In this document: piece by piece, positions 26,036-39,171 of the stretch
Numbering within the stretch: the first letter of the stretch is position 1
Layout: each line of letters opens with the position of its first letter
From: Nageia nagi
Lineage: Eukaryota > Plantae > Pinophyta
NCBI GenBank assembly: GCA_050084985.1
Contig: JBITNC010000001.1
Location: 157,170,001-157,234,000 of the forward strand
DNA length: 64,000 nucleotides
Reading direction: 5' to 3'
Program-made: the position numbers and the translations under genes
The notes under the pieces: model-generated
What the model was told of the DNA's origin: nothing
The model's input: only the letters and a program-made list of their open reading frames with translations
Databases searched by the model: none

Positions 26036-27445
26036 CTGCAGGACATGAATGTCAAAAGTGGATGAAAACCTTCTTTTACAGCACCTCATCATACAGAATG
26101 TGATGAACACTAGTTCTTCCCAAGTATGAGATGGAACCAAAGTGCACAGGGAATAATCCTTTTCAAAAGTATGAACGACATATGGTCACAAAGGACAAAT
26201 TTGGTTGGAGACCATACATTGGGACAATCTTTTCAAACAATACCATTATTCAAAATTGATTTCCAAAATACATCTACCAATGCTGATAAATAGGCAAATT
26301 TTATAAACACTTTGGAAAAGAAACAGTATCATGCACTTTTATCATATGAAAGATGAATTCAAATGAAGCTGTTGAATTAAAGAGAACACATGCTAATAAG
26401 CAATGGCAACATCCACAACTGACCAAAAGCACCCTACAGATGTGTGAATAAGATACTAAATGACATATTCTTTAAAAATATACAAGGCATCTCTTGTTGC
26501 AGCCCTGAACTAGGCACCCTCTTTTTAAATAGATAGATATACATGAAACAACTTGTTAAAACTTATTGCTTGCAAATGACATTAATACCAGAAGTCAAGT
26601 TCTATAGTGTAAATAAATTCGTAGAATTTTGTTAGAGAGAGAATTTGAAGGGAACAAAAACATCCAACAAATCAGAAGAGGATGTTGTTATTAAGTGGAA
26701 TAACAGAAATGGTGCATTGCAACAGATGCAAATTTTAGCAGGAGTGACATCAGATAAAGTACCCAACTCATGCTAAATATGAAGTTCAACCATCAAAAGC
26801 TGTAAACATGAACTAAGCAAAATCAGAAACAAAATCACAGAAGAATTATAAGACTGGCATATATGGTAATGTTCTTCATCAAATAAACATAAAAGTGAAG
26901 GCAAAACATATCAATTATGTGATTCTGTCAACATAAAGTTATTGATGGTGTAGAAGGTTGTTTGTAACTCATGAAGTAAAAAGAACAGGTCCTTGGAGCT
27001 TTTCATAAGGAGCAGAAAGCTCTCTCCCACAGCCAAGCTCCCAAATTCCAGTTGTCAGAAAGCAATATCTAACATGACAAGCAAGAAGGGAGGAATAAGT
27101 AGAAAGTGAGCAACATTATCATTAAAACTGATACTTAACAACAATAACACGATCAAAAAAGACCAAAATTGGTCATAGGACTATCGTAGATCTACATCCA
27201 GATGATCTTAAGAAATTCAGATATATAAAGACATGTCCAACTCATCAAAAAGGTAAACTAGTAGTGTAGCGTATGCATAATGTGGTCACATACATCTTGG
27301 GCATTTTTCATCATCACCAAAACAATTTCCCCCAAGTTAAAGTATGTGACCCCCCAAACGTGAATGCTTAATTCAGAAATTTTGAAATTGCGTTTTTAGA
27401 ATTTTAGTAAAAAATTTGGATGTTCAAATACGTTTATACTCTTAC

Positions 27446-27546
27446 CAATTTCAAGCCTGTGATGCAGTTACCAAACTGAATATCCAACACAGGTACTATG
27501 GCCTCTTGAAAATGATTACACAGCCTCCAGTTGCATGATTCAGTGT
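27446..27546 (-). CDS. SEH1: SEH1 exon 3 (101 nt)
   Basis: Acceptor TTCACAG. (D)TESCNWRLCNHFQEAIVPVLDIQFGNCITGLKL. Donor TTG|GTAAGA. Phase 1 in, phase 0 out. Confidence 0.93.
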
Positions 27547-28408
27547 CTGTGAATTCAACTACACATCAGACGCCTTTCCCAACTTCTTACTCTAGACCTC
27601 AAATAAGTTAAATGTCATAACAGATTAAGCGTGAGTAATATATTTATAAATAGAAAATCATTTAGCACAAAATTAAAAAAGTCCTTGTAGTTGTTGGATA
27701 AGTATAGAATATATTATTACAGAAAAATACTTTCCCGGTTGTTTCCTGTGTTCTCTCTTAAGAGTTCCATTTATCTAATTCAATCACCTGTGAACATCAA
27801 TAAAATTTCTCACGTTCTTTCTAAAATTCCAAGCCACATAAAATTTATATCTAGACATCACTAGAACAGTGATGTTATCCCAAAAACATAAAATGTTTAT
27901 ATCAAACTCTCCTACCCGAGTACCAATCTCCAGTACGAGTACCTCTTCAAAATACATATAGGATCTAGAAGGAAGATTGGTCCAAAACAAAAAGAAGAAA
28001 CTAGTTAATAAGCTATTGTGGCAGAAATGAAATGAAATTATATTTTTTGGGTTGTGAAAATCAGTGTCAACAGTAATGCATATCAAACTTTTAACAACAA
28101 TTTCTGCACATATGTTGTGAAGAGCAATTTATCAGTATGTTGAGAGCATATAGATCATTCGAATAAAGTAGTAGGAACCTTGACCAAAACCATAAGCAGC
28201 AAAATAGGTTTCGCACCTACTGGTAGACGGACCACTCTAGATCAACTAAAATTTGTAAGGGGGAAAAATAGCAATCTTATCATTGACAAATCTGCCTATT
28301 CATGGATCTTTAAGTCGAAGCAGACAAGAATTCAAAATAGATAACTTCCAGCAAATGGTTTGGTCAGCAACATTCATGATTCCAAAAAGCATTGCTGCAA
28401 ATTTGATG

Positions 28409-28488
28409 TTGAAACCAGAAAAGCTTCATATTGCTACAATTTTGAAACCAGAAAAGCTTCATATTGCTACAATTTTGAAACCAGAAAA
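28409..28488. repeat. 33-bp tandem repeat (2.4 copies)
   Basis: TTGAAACCAGAAAAGCTTCATATTGCTACAATT x2 plus a partial copy. Confidence 0.9.
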
Positions 28489-28689
28489 GAACACAAATAT
28501 CAATTATCTTGTATCCATAGCTTCATTCAGAAATCTCATGGTAAGTAATATGTAAGGCTAGTATGAGCACCTAATTAGCTTATAAACCTAGAATTTATGA
28601 TAATATGAAATCTAACTATAAAGAAGGATGGTGTCAATAAATAATAAGAAAAGGTAAAAATAATATGTAGTCGCAAGCTAGCCACCATG

Positions 28690-29160
28690 CCTTACTGGGT
28701 TATGAACTACTCTTGAGGGAACAATGGAACTTTAATTAATTCCTGCTTTCTAAGCCAGAAGCAAAATTTAGCATGGAAGGGGTCCTTGGTAACCATCCTG
28801 GGGAATCCACATTCAACCTGCAGCAAATTGTTCAGCCAATGCACCACAAGCTTCAAATGTAACTCTAGCACCTTCGTAAGGGATAACAAGCTAGTAATTG
28901 CTTATTTGGAACTGAGTACATCACCCTGAAACATAGCTCCTAACAAGGGTTCAGCAAAACTGTCAAATCTAGATTTAGAGTTGTGCTGCTTCTGTAGTGA
29001 AATACAGAATTCAATGGCACATCAACAAGACCTATGCAGTTAGGGAGAGGTCCAAAAGGCCCATTACCGATGATTACAATTGGTAAAAAACCCAAGTCCC
29101 ATAAGCAGGCATCATTTAACCTAGCTTTACGAAGGACTTTCAGTTTCCTCAAACAATATT
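28690..29160 (-). mobile_element. Possible ancient LINE RT fragment
   Basis: Weak QGD.LS-like motif at ~8910 bp into the 20-kb block (28910-28928). Otherwise highly degraded. Confidence 0.25.
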
Positions 29161-29549
29161 AATGATAAATGCAAAGGAAACATACTGAACCAGGTGTGTA
29201 AGCAATAACAACCACCTATGGAGTAGATTCTACATTTGCATTTACAAGCATTGGCTTAAGGGCAATTAGATGCACAATCCCACATGCGCAGTCAATTATG
29301 AGGACTTGCCCTGCCAATTCCTTGTTGTATAGGCTATCTCTCAAACTGTTAGACATGCATATGATATCATTATACATATATTTAATGGCAGTGAATTAGG
29401 CATAGCAGCATTTAAAACAAGCCATTTGAAGGTTAATGACCCAATTTCCCCCTATAGCTACTCATTCTGCCTTCTTATGTTGTTCGTGCAACAAATCAGG
29501 ATTAGTTTGTATATAATAAACCCTATCTTCTGTGACATATTCATCAATC

Positions 29550-29880
29550 TACATCATGATGAATGAATTCTGACTGGAAATTGAGGATAGGCAGAACAAC
29601 CATTACAAGTGACATTAGGCAAAATATTGAAACCCAGGTTTTGAATCTAAATGAAGTTATCCTTTGTAAATGATCTTTGACTAGAGCACTTGATATTCCA
29701 ATGCCCCACATATTATGAGATTCGGGGGAAATTACACTGCTTGTGTAAGGGATTTGGGGGATCCTTATCCACTTTTTTCCGCTATCTCAACTAGATATGC
29801 TTTGCTCTTTTCCTCTGAGGGATTACTATCTTCATACATAGAGGTCTACTACGGCAACCTAACAAAGAGATCCCTCACAC
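29550..29880 (+). mobile_element. LINE ORF2 C-terminal fragment
   Basis: EHLIFQCPTYYEIRGKLHCL resembles the Cys/His C-terminal motif of non-LTR retrotransposon ORF2. Confidence 0.55.
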
Positions 29881-30958
29881 CACCAGGTTGATCAGCTCCT
29901 TTTCCAACCCATCCTGGACATTGAAGGCACCAATTTCCCCTAGACAACACCACTCAACAAGCTAGTGGGCACAAGTCGGTGCAGCAATGCCTACCTTCAC
30001 ACAATGCCTATCATTTCCACCACCTCGAACATGTGATATTATCATATTACTAGACATGTTCTCTCGATGTTGTCAAATACTCACTAGCCTCTCTTTTGAT
30101 GATAGACTCTAGTTTTTGTAGCTTCATCTTGTCAATCTCTATGTTCTCAAACCCTAGCGCTTTTTCTTTCTAACTAGATGTACTTTTGAGTCCTATTGAC
30201 CTATTTTTGGTCATCTTTAGACATTAATATATTTTCTATTTCTGCTCCAAATACAAGAGGACAAACTGGACTAATTTCTAAAGGAGAGGTAACTTTTACG
30301 GTTTACCTATACAAGGGATAAACCAATTAAAGTTTAAGGAATGAAACATGGAAGGATAAACCAACTAGAGGATTTAAGCACAGATATTTATTTATCAATT
30401 TCTTGCTCATCATCATTTCGTTAATTACAGATTAGCTAGAAAAGAGGACTCTTCACCAATGGAGTACTCAGCAACATGCTTGTCACTTTCAACATAAGTG
30501 TTATATATCTTCTTTTTCCAAACATACTCAAATTATTTCATGTATCTTCTTCTCTTCCTCTACAAGTTGCAATTTAGTTCCAAACTTGTTTGTCCTTCCT
30601 TGGGACCTTTGACTAAATGGATGTCCTCGTTTTTTGAGGGATTGGTTTAGGTGGTAGCACATGAATATTCAAGTGTTTCAACTCCACCAAGCGTAGTACA
30701 TTCCCTTGTAACTTTGCACTTGCTATATCTAAAACATTAAATCATAAGGCCAAACCATGAAAACATAGATTAAATCCTTGACAAGACCAACCAAGCCAAA
30801 CCACCATCTTAGGGAGTAAGGTATTCATCAAACTATAGACCTCTACTCGGTAATATCTTTAAGGAATTAGCCAAATGGATAAATCATCTGTTTAAGATTA
30901 CCCTTCAAACAGAGGTCAACCTCCCTTTTGGACATCTTTATCATTGTTTGTCACTTTC

Positions 30959-33334
30959 TGTAACGTTCCCTTTTGAGCACAATTGATTTATTTTGGAACC
31001 TAAAGGTTCCTTTCCTTGTAAATAATTTTTATTATTTATTTTTATGCATTTTAGTTGCTAGGGATAGAAATTGTAATGGTCCATTGTACCCCATTGTGAG
31101 CCACAAGAGGGACGTTTTGCTCCCAAGCATAGGTTAGCATATTTTAATGATATTCTATGCACTTGGAGATCCCAAGAATGATTGTGGGAATCCCAAAGGC
31201 CTTGTATGGACATGAAAATTAGATCTAGGCACATGTATGACTCCTAGAAAATGAACGCATGGCATGAGAGGACTTCAAGGACCCCAACGTTGGGCTTGGG
31301 GGACATTGTAGCATAGTCGGAACTCAACACCACACCTTGGGGAGACTATGAACCCCACGCAAGAGCATTTATGGCATATTTTGGGCATTTGAGGGCCTCT
31401 AGGAGGCTAACATTGGATTAGGGAGGCATTGATGACTTTGAGATGAGATCTAGATCCATATTTGACCTATATAAGGTGTTGGAGCATCATTGCATAGATA
31501 TGTTAGATTGGATTATCTCTCTTTTTGAAAAGTTACTAAAGCCTTAGCGCAACGTCAAGCAATCTTGCCCTAGGTATAGCATCTAGGAGGGTTAGCAAGC
31601 TGAGGGATCTTGCTAATCTACATCTAAGGTGTAGCATCTTAGTCCAGTTGATGGTATTACAAGGACGCACTTCTACCTTTAGTGGTTTCCAGGAGTGGGA
31701 GTTTTGTAGCAAAGCATCCACGCTTGAGGGAGTATGGCTGTCCCAACCATTATTTCAGCATTGCAGATTGAAAATTGAGTCCCAATAACAACATTGTCCA
31801 TCATTGATCACATTTTGTAACATCCCTTCTTGTACCATACAAAATAATGTAATAACCAATAGGGAACATTTTAATAATATCCCTTGGGTATTTATTTTGT
31901 AGTTTGTTTTATAGTTATTTTGTATTAACTTGGGACAAGAATTAATTGGTCCGTCGACCCCATTGTGAACCCCTGGCAAGACGTATCCCTCCAAAGTGTA
32001 GATTAGGAAATAATAATGTACTTGGAGATCCCGAACTTCATTGTGGGCATCCCAAGGTCTCATGTTTATTAATTAGCCAGGATAATGGATTGTATGCTTG
32101 CGCCAGCTATGGGGAGCTTCCTAGACCCCACATTGGCAAACCCAAACTCCTAGGCCCCCATGCATGACTCCCAAACCCACATGGCCATGCATGGCACGCT
32201 TAGAACCTGCATTGGCATTTATGGCACCCAGGAATCCCACGTTGGCATGCCTGACACCTAGGCACCCACTTTGGGCATCTCGGGCCCTCTGGAGGCTAAC
32301 GTTGGGGCCTTAGAGGCTAGTGATGATTCTGAGGTGGAATCCAGGTCCTGGTGAGAGTATAAAGAGACATGGAGGTTCATTTGCCCGATAGCTTGATTAC
32401 TATTACTTTACTCTTACATATCGTCTGGTGGACAAAGACCTTAGCAGAGCGCTAAGTGAATTCCTTAGGTGAAGCACCTAAGAGGTTTACCAAGGGGAGG
32501 GAACTTGGTAGTTTACAGCAATTGGTGGAGCACCATTGCCCATCTGGTGGATCCGAGGTGGAATCTCTACCACGCGAGTGGTTATCCAAATCTGAAGAGG
32601 GCCCCTTTGGTGGGGAGGAGTCAGATTGTGAGGAGGCACTGTTGTCCCTAGGTTCATCTGCAATTATCAGGAGTCATTCGGCACGATTCAGCTCCCAAGA
32701 GGCTGACGTCAGGCCCTTTGGGCATATTTTGCATTGTACATCATTGATTATCATAATATAAGCCATGGGCTCATTTGGATCTCAACGTTGTGTCTGTGTT
32801 ACCTATTTTGTGCATGCGTTGAGCATTGCTATGTTGTGTTGTGTTGTGTTTGTGACCCATCATTGGCTTGTGGGGTGTGTACATGCTTGTGGAAGCCCAA
32901 CATTGGCAATCTAGGGTTTGATTTGTTAATTGTGGATGCCCTAGTTGATTGGTTTTGAAAGTAATTGTTCACATTTGTTAAGGATCTCATTTGGGATATT
33001 ACTCATCTACATGTGTGCTTTCCCTAGTTGGCTCCTTGGAGGCCAACGTTGAGCCCTTTGGGCAGATTTGAGGCCTATGTTTGCTCTTCATTGATTAATT
33101 CAGCCATAAGCACATTGGATCTCCTCATACTTGTCTCATTTTGACATTTATTTGCATTCATCTTGCCCTATGTAGCATGATGTCATGTTTGTGAGTATGA
33201 ATGCATAAGAATTGGGTACCCTAAGTGTGATGTTGAGGTTGTAGCATGAGCATTGGATTATTACATATTTTATTTGGCATTTATTTGAGATCATTTACTT
33301 AATTTCTACTTTGGAGAATTTTTGGAATATTTCA
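30959..33334 (+). mobile_element. Chromovirus-family solo LTR (~1.18 kb net) with a nested solo LTR
   Basis: Termini TGTAACGTTCC / GGAATATTTCA. Perfect TSD CTTTC. Close reverse-complement similarity to 36952-38121. Confidence 0.88.
31816..33003 (+). mobile_element. Chromovirus-family solo LTR nested in the previous one
   Basis: Termini TGTAACATCCC / GGGATATTACT (terminal A mutated). TSD CATTT/CATCT. Motifs shared with the 16007 and 5509 LTRs in reverse complement. Confidence 0.8.
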
Positions 33335-34928
33335 CTTTCCTCCATCTTCAACATTTAGTATCCACTATACCAATAATTGCTTTAATTTTTTCAATAATAT
33401 GTTCAAGTGGTAACCATTCTTTAGGTGATTTCAACGCCCACACTAAGACATATCGAGTGATTATTCATAACCTTGTCAAGGATGAGTTGTATCTCTTAAC
33501 AATGGAGGTAGGTTACTCAAAGAATTTGCAGATGAGAAGAACACAATTACAACTTATGGGAAGCATCCAATAGATTTGTGTCAATCTAGTGGCCCTGTAT
33601 TCCTCAATGGAAGTCCACACTTTCTAATTTGCATGTTCACTTGCTTTTCAAATTGGTGGAGGAAGCTAGTGGGGCTAATTATGTTCTTGAAAACAAGCCT
33701 CTGATTCTTTATATTAGGAACTTTCATGTATCTTACCAACTTCCCCTTGCTAACCATGAACTTTCACATTTCTCCTCAATGCTCCTCACTTTGTCTCCCT
33801 TTCAACACCATTCTCTACCTCCTACCTTCAAAGCGGTAATTCATTTTGATTTGTCATACACTAACAATTTTACTACCCATCTTTATCAACTTACCATTGA
33901 CTTCAATTTTTTCTCTCACAACAATGATAGCTAAATGCATCTTTATATCTCATACAATTGAGGTTCATGCCCTATGAATCATTGGTAAGATGATAAGTCT
34001 AAACGAATACATTCAAGACTAATTTTGTTTTAATCTGAGTGCTTGCTTGCATGCCTTCCACTGGTAGTTATTGTCAATATGAAGTTATGAACATAGTGGA
34101 AGAAGTGATTTTCTTGCCTCGACATAGAATGAGCTTCTTAGCGACTCAACTCCTAAGAACTTTTTGTGCAACCTCCTTCTTAAAATCATCTCCTCTATCC
34201 TAAATCCCTAATCCTGGGTCTCCCATACAAATCCCTGTTATTACTTCCTAGATCAGCCTATTATCCATGTCTCCTTTCCTCCTGCATTTAGTTATTTCTT
34301 CTCCAAGACATCAAGGTAGCAACCATGACTAAGAACCAATAAGACAAATGATTGTTAGGAATTTCAAGTGATTCGTCTCAAGGACACAATGATTCACTTG
34401 TTTATCCCATTATGCATTTATTAATAATGTTGTCTAAGTTGACTTCCCTTCATCTTGGTTGCAACAAGTTACTCACCCAATCCACAAATCTATGGACAAC
34501 TCAAATCTAGATAACAATAAAACTATCATGAGAGGAACACTTTTGCTAAGCTCTACACAATGGTCTTTGACATTAAGCTTTTTTATGGTTTCAATGAAGA
34601 GACTCAAAGCGAGAGAAGAAGCAAGATTTGGGAATAACTATCAAATCAATTACCATGTTTGCACACTTTGAGCTATAAGTGAGGATTTGTGGTTGCAATC
34701 TTCTAAGACCTTTTGTTGTTTTGTGGTCTTTAGCAAGGCCTTGATACAATTCTCAAGCACCTATTATTCTAATAATTGCAAGGCATTTCCATGTTTGCAC
34801 TTTTAACCATTGTTATCATTATGATGTTAGTTATTAGGTGTCTTCAAAATATCTCTAAGGTTTCAAACAAAAAATTACTAGTTAAGTTAAACAAGGATTC
34901 CCTCTTTCTTATACACTACTTGCAATAT

Positions 34929-35664
34929 TATACTTGTAAGAATCTGAATCAGATTGGAATCTTTTGGCTAGAGGATTCGGATTAATCGAGAATCGGATTA
35001 GAAAAGGAAAATAAGAAAAACCAAGGAATTTTCACAATTTGGCATTGAAACAAATCATGTTTAGCTATCTCTCAACATTACATATCAAATAAGACAACAT
35101 ATTATATCAAATAACACATTACACAAGTGAAAATATAATGCAGCATTGGAAATTGTAGAGTTTTCAGTTTTGTATTACAAATCGAATATCCAAGGACCAA
35201 AACACATCAAAGATTTCCAAGTTGACAAAACAAAATCTGAACCAAAATATTTATCTAGATTCTGACGTCCATATTGTCCTTGTTTCCCCTTGACCAATCT
35301 CTCTTTTGTTACTCAAGCCCTGGTTCTTCTTCAGGTTCTTCTACTTCTTGGAAATATGATGGATCCCCTACTTGTTGGAATCTCAATGAAATCGTGGAAA
35401 TGATGTTTCTCCTAACTCCTCTCAACTTTTGCTTGCAAGAAAAAGTGAAAAAAGACTTAGATTTTACCTTTTTATCCTCCCAACTGCCACCCAAACGCAG
35501 AATCCGATTTTTGGCTGATTTTTGCATCAAGAATCCCGATGTTTAGCTCATTTTTACACTGATTTTTGGCAAAAAATTGCCACATCAGCAAAATTTAGAA
35601 TATCGAAGTCAGTTTTTAGAAAAAAATTGATTGCCTAGACGATCCTGATTTTTTGCCAATTATG
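34929..35664. mobile_element. Degraded non-autonomous DNA element (hAT-like) inside the LINE RT
   Basis: GAATCGG/CCGATT subterminal motifs in opposite orientation at the two ends. Right end CCAATTATG. TSD not resolved. Confidence 0.5.
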
Positions 35665-36951
35665 TCAATTAAGTGCTCTAACTATGTGCAATATACATTG
35701 ATGAGGTTGAAGACTTCACTCAACAACATGTCATGCAAGGGACAGTTGTTTAAGACACTATGATCTCTTTCTTGATGCTATAGTCCTTGCATCACACCCT
35801 GAGGACTTACAATGACAGTTGAAAGCCCTTAATCACTTTTTTGAACTTGGAAGCTTGCAATTAACCTAAGAAATAATAGGGTTGCAATGTTCAATACCTA
35901 AGCCTGCTTTGCGCTCGCAACTTTATGTGCTTACAATGTCATTAGGACTGCAGTCCTTCATGGTTCCAACTTCCAAGGTTGAAGGCTCGAATTTAAGGCA
36001 TAAAAACAGGGCATATATTTAGCAAGTCAAGGCTCCCTTGTAACATATGAACTATTTTAAAAGTTTTGTTGTATAGTTCTTGTTTATATGTAGTTCACTA
36101 TTCAACTCTTTCATCTTCAGATTATCTTCAAGATCATCTCTTATCTCCACAAACTCAGGTCCATGGATAACTATGCAATGAATAGGAAGAGATGCATGTT
36201 TATTTCTTTTGCTTAGCTGAGTGTGTTGTATCTACAAGAATCAATAAGAATAATTACTTCATCGAAAGGTTATTCAATCAAGCACTTCAGCCTGCACATG
36301 AAAGGTGGATTGGTAAAGTAGGTAATTTCTATTCAAATCTAAACACCTCTCCCGCAGTTTACTTGTTCTCCATTACCTGTGCAAGCTCTACTATTTACAT
36401 GGAGTTTAGTACCCTTCTCCAAACTTTAATAAGGGGTTTACCAAGAAAAAAATAAAGTACTTATAGGGCAAGCCAATATTCTATGGACCACCATCAAACT
36501 CTACATTGGCTCTTTCATGGTTACCAATAGGAATGTCGATAATGACACTTTTTTTACACTTGATTTGTATGCAAACTATAACCTTCTTCATTGTCTTTTC
36601 CCTCCTTTTGACTTTGTCAACAATAATTTTTGGAAAGCATCCTTCTTGCATGGCATTGCTTCTTTTAATACAACTTTTATATATACTAAGTGGTCTAGGT
36701 CTTACCTTCTTAACCGCCTCTCTTATTTGGTTTTATTGTTTACTTCAAATAATTTATTTTTCATCAAATTTGTTTTCAATCTTATCCAAACTGACTCACT
36801 ACTCTCAATGGACGGCTGATCCATCCTCTTGGTTATATAAGTCTACACCTGCCACTTGGGTTGAGGATGTTCCTCAAATAGTTTCAAGTTTGTTCACATC
36901 AATTGAGGATTGAGACAAATCACCACCTAGTGTGAGACTTACGAGTTTGTT

Positions 36952-38121
36952 TGTAATATCCCCAAAATAATCTTAAGTGCAAATTAGCCAAATAATTATC
37001 AACTAATATCAAAATACACCCTTAAGCATGCCACGTCTGAACTAGGGCATCAAATACATGCAAAAACAAGCCAGGAATGCCAACGATCCACCTTATAAGC
37101 AAGAATAACACTCAAATGCCCAATGTCATGCACAATGAGACAAGATTGCACCAAACACACAATTATGAGACAATAATGAGATCCAAGTATGCCACGACTT
37201 CAATTAGCAAGATAGTGATGAGTATAATATCGAACTAGCCCAAGCGGGCTCAACGTTGGCCTCCAAGGAGCCAACTAGGGCATACGAAATGCAAATATGA
37301 TCACTGCTGGAACAAATGGATGGGACAGCTACACTCCCTCAAGATCTAAATCCGCTCCACTAAAGGAGCCCTCTCCAAATCCTAGAAACCAACTAAATGG
37401 TAGGACTGCAACCTCGGAATACCACCAATTGGACTAAGATGTTGCACCTTAGCCGTAGATTAGCAAGATCCCTCAACCTGCTAACCCTCCTAGATGCTGC
37501 ACCTAGGGTAAGATTGCTTGATGCTACGCCAAGGCTTGTGTCCTCTGGACAAAAGAAACGATAATATAAAAATCAACATATCCATGCAATGATGCTCCAA
37601 CGCCTAATATAGCTTAAGTCTGGATCTAGATTATCACCTCGAAATCATCAATGCCTCCCTAATCCAACATTAGCCTCCTAGAGGCCCTCTAATGCCTCAA
37701 ACATGTCATAAATGCTCATGCGTGGGGTTCAAAGCCTCCCAAGGTGTGACATGGGTCTTCAAGGGCGATGGGATGTCTCCAAGTCCAATGTTGGGGTCCT
37801 AGAAGTCCCCCCATGTCATGCATTGGGTTTCTAGGAGTCATACATGTGCCTAGATCCTATTTTCGTGTCCATACAAGGCCTTGGGATTCCCAAAATCAAT
37901 TCTTGGGATCTCCAAGTACATAAAATAACATTAAAATACGTTTGCCTATGCTTGGGAGGAAGACATCCCTCTTGGGGCTCATAGTGGGATCACAGTGGGA
38001 TCTAATGAACCATTATTATTTCTATCCAAAGTCCTAACGACAAATATATAAATAAATATTTACAAAGAGGGAATCTTGAGGATTCCACAATTAATTATCT
38101 TTTACAAGAGAGAATGTTACA
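36952..38121 (-). mobile_element. Chromovirus-family solo LTR (1170 bp)
   Basis: Termini TGTAATATCCC / GAGAATGTTACA. Perfect TSD TTGTT. No adjacent PBS or PPT. Confidence 0.92.
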
Positions 38122-39059
38122 TTGTTGTCTGTGTTCACTTGAGATGGAGTCTAAGGAGCACTTCATCTTTTGATGTTTTGTTTATTATTGGATACGAGAT
38201 TGATACCTTGCATGACTCTAGGGACCTTTTGAGGCCTCAACAAATCTCGTCCTACTTCTCTTCCAACAATGCCACTGCAAATTTGACCACGAGGGTCGAC
38301 GAGCCCTCACCAAACCACACAGATGTGAGCGTCCCCACGCTCCACACTAGTGAGGCCAGAGGGTTCGATTTCTAAACACCCTAGAGCTTGATATATCCTA
38401 TTGTATCTTCATCCTTTAGGGTTTCAGCCTCCTCATTGTATTCACCTTGGTTGTAGTTGTTTATTTTCCCTGTTTGTTTTTAAGGCAGCCCCTTTGAGGG
38501 CCCTAATCGCTTTTATACCATGCTTGTATTTTCTAGTTCCATTAACTACTTTTAATCACCAAAAAATATTAATATATTTTCTTTCTTTCTTATGAATATA
38601 GATATCAGGATAGGGTGGTACTGAAGTGGATAATATGCCCAAACTATAATGATTTTTCCTTGATAATCTTCGTGATACTCATTACTTGAGTTTTGGATTC
38701 AGGCCTCACTGGATACTTCTTGTACAAGAATCACAGTTGTTAGAGCTACTTCCCATAAACAAGTAATGATTAAACCATATGCTTAGTTCAACATATTGCA
38801 CATTACACGTAGAAAAATGTCTTATTTATATGACATAACATTTGAAATTGACTTAATTATTGATTCTTCTATGCACAATGTATTATCACAAAACAGAGAT
38901 ATAAACTAGGAATAGAAAGCTACTTTATCAAAGCAGTTATTTCAAATGTCTTGTTATTCTGCCAATCACAAAGGACTAGAATGATTCCATATTCTGCGTT
39001 AACTTAGCTTGTATCTGTAAGAAACATGCAAACTAAAAACATTGGAATATAAATCATAC

Positions 39060-39171
39060 CTTCCTTAACCTCTTCCCACAAGGATATAGTTCCATCCATG
39101 CAACAAGCAGCAATGACATCTCCGTACTCTGGAGGAGCCCAAACTACCTTAATAATGCTCCCATTATGAGC
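39060..39171 (-). CDS. SEH1: SEH1 exon 2 (112 nt)
   Basis: Acceptor TTTGCAG. AHNGSIIKVVWAPPEYGDVIAACCMDGTISLWEEVKE carries the SEH1 W..PEYG and DG...WEE motifs. Donor AAG|GTATGA, phase 1. Confidence 0.95.

Larger units (their letters stand above)
30150..38592 (+). mobile_element. Degenerate LINE (endonuclease + RT) interrupted by three solo LTRs and a DNA-element remnant
   Basis: CHFPPSS reconstructs across the LTR at 30959-33334. LGDFNAHT at 33421. RT motifs FCCFV.FSKA.DTI (~34711), KQG.PLS and LYIDEVED-like (~35690). (TTTC)n tail at ~38578-38590. 5' limit approximate. Confidence 0.75.

Noticed and set aside
26554-27140. Possible solo LTR in intron 3 (TGTTAA...TTAACA)
   Set aside because: The flanks CAACT/ACAAT do not form a convincing TSD, and there is no second copy in the window.
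36506-36913. 135-aa hydrophobic ORF as a membrane protein
   Set aside because: It lies in T-rich decayed LINE sequence, has a non-ATG start and shows no motif.
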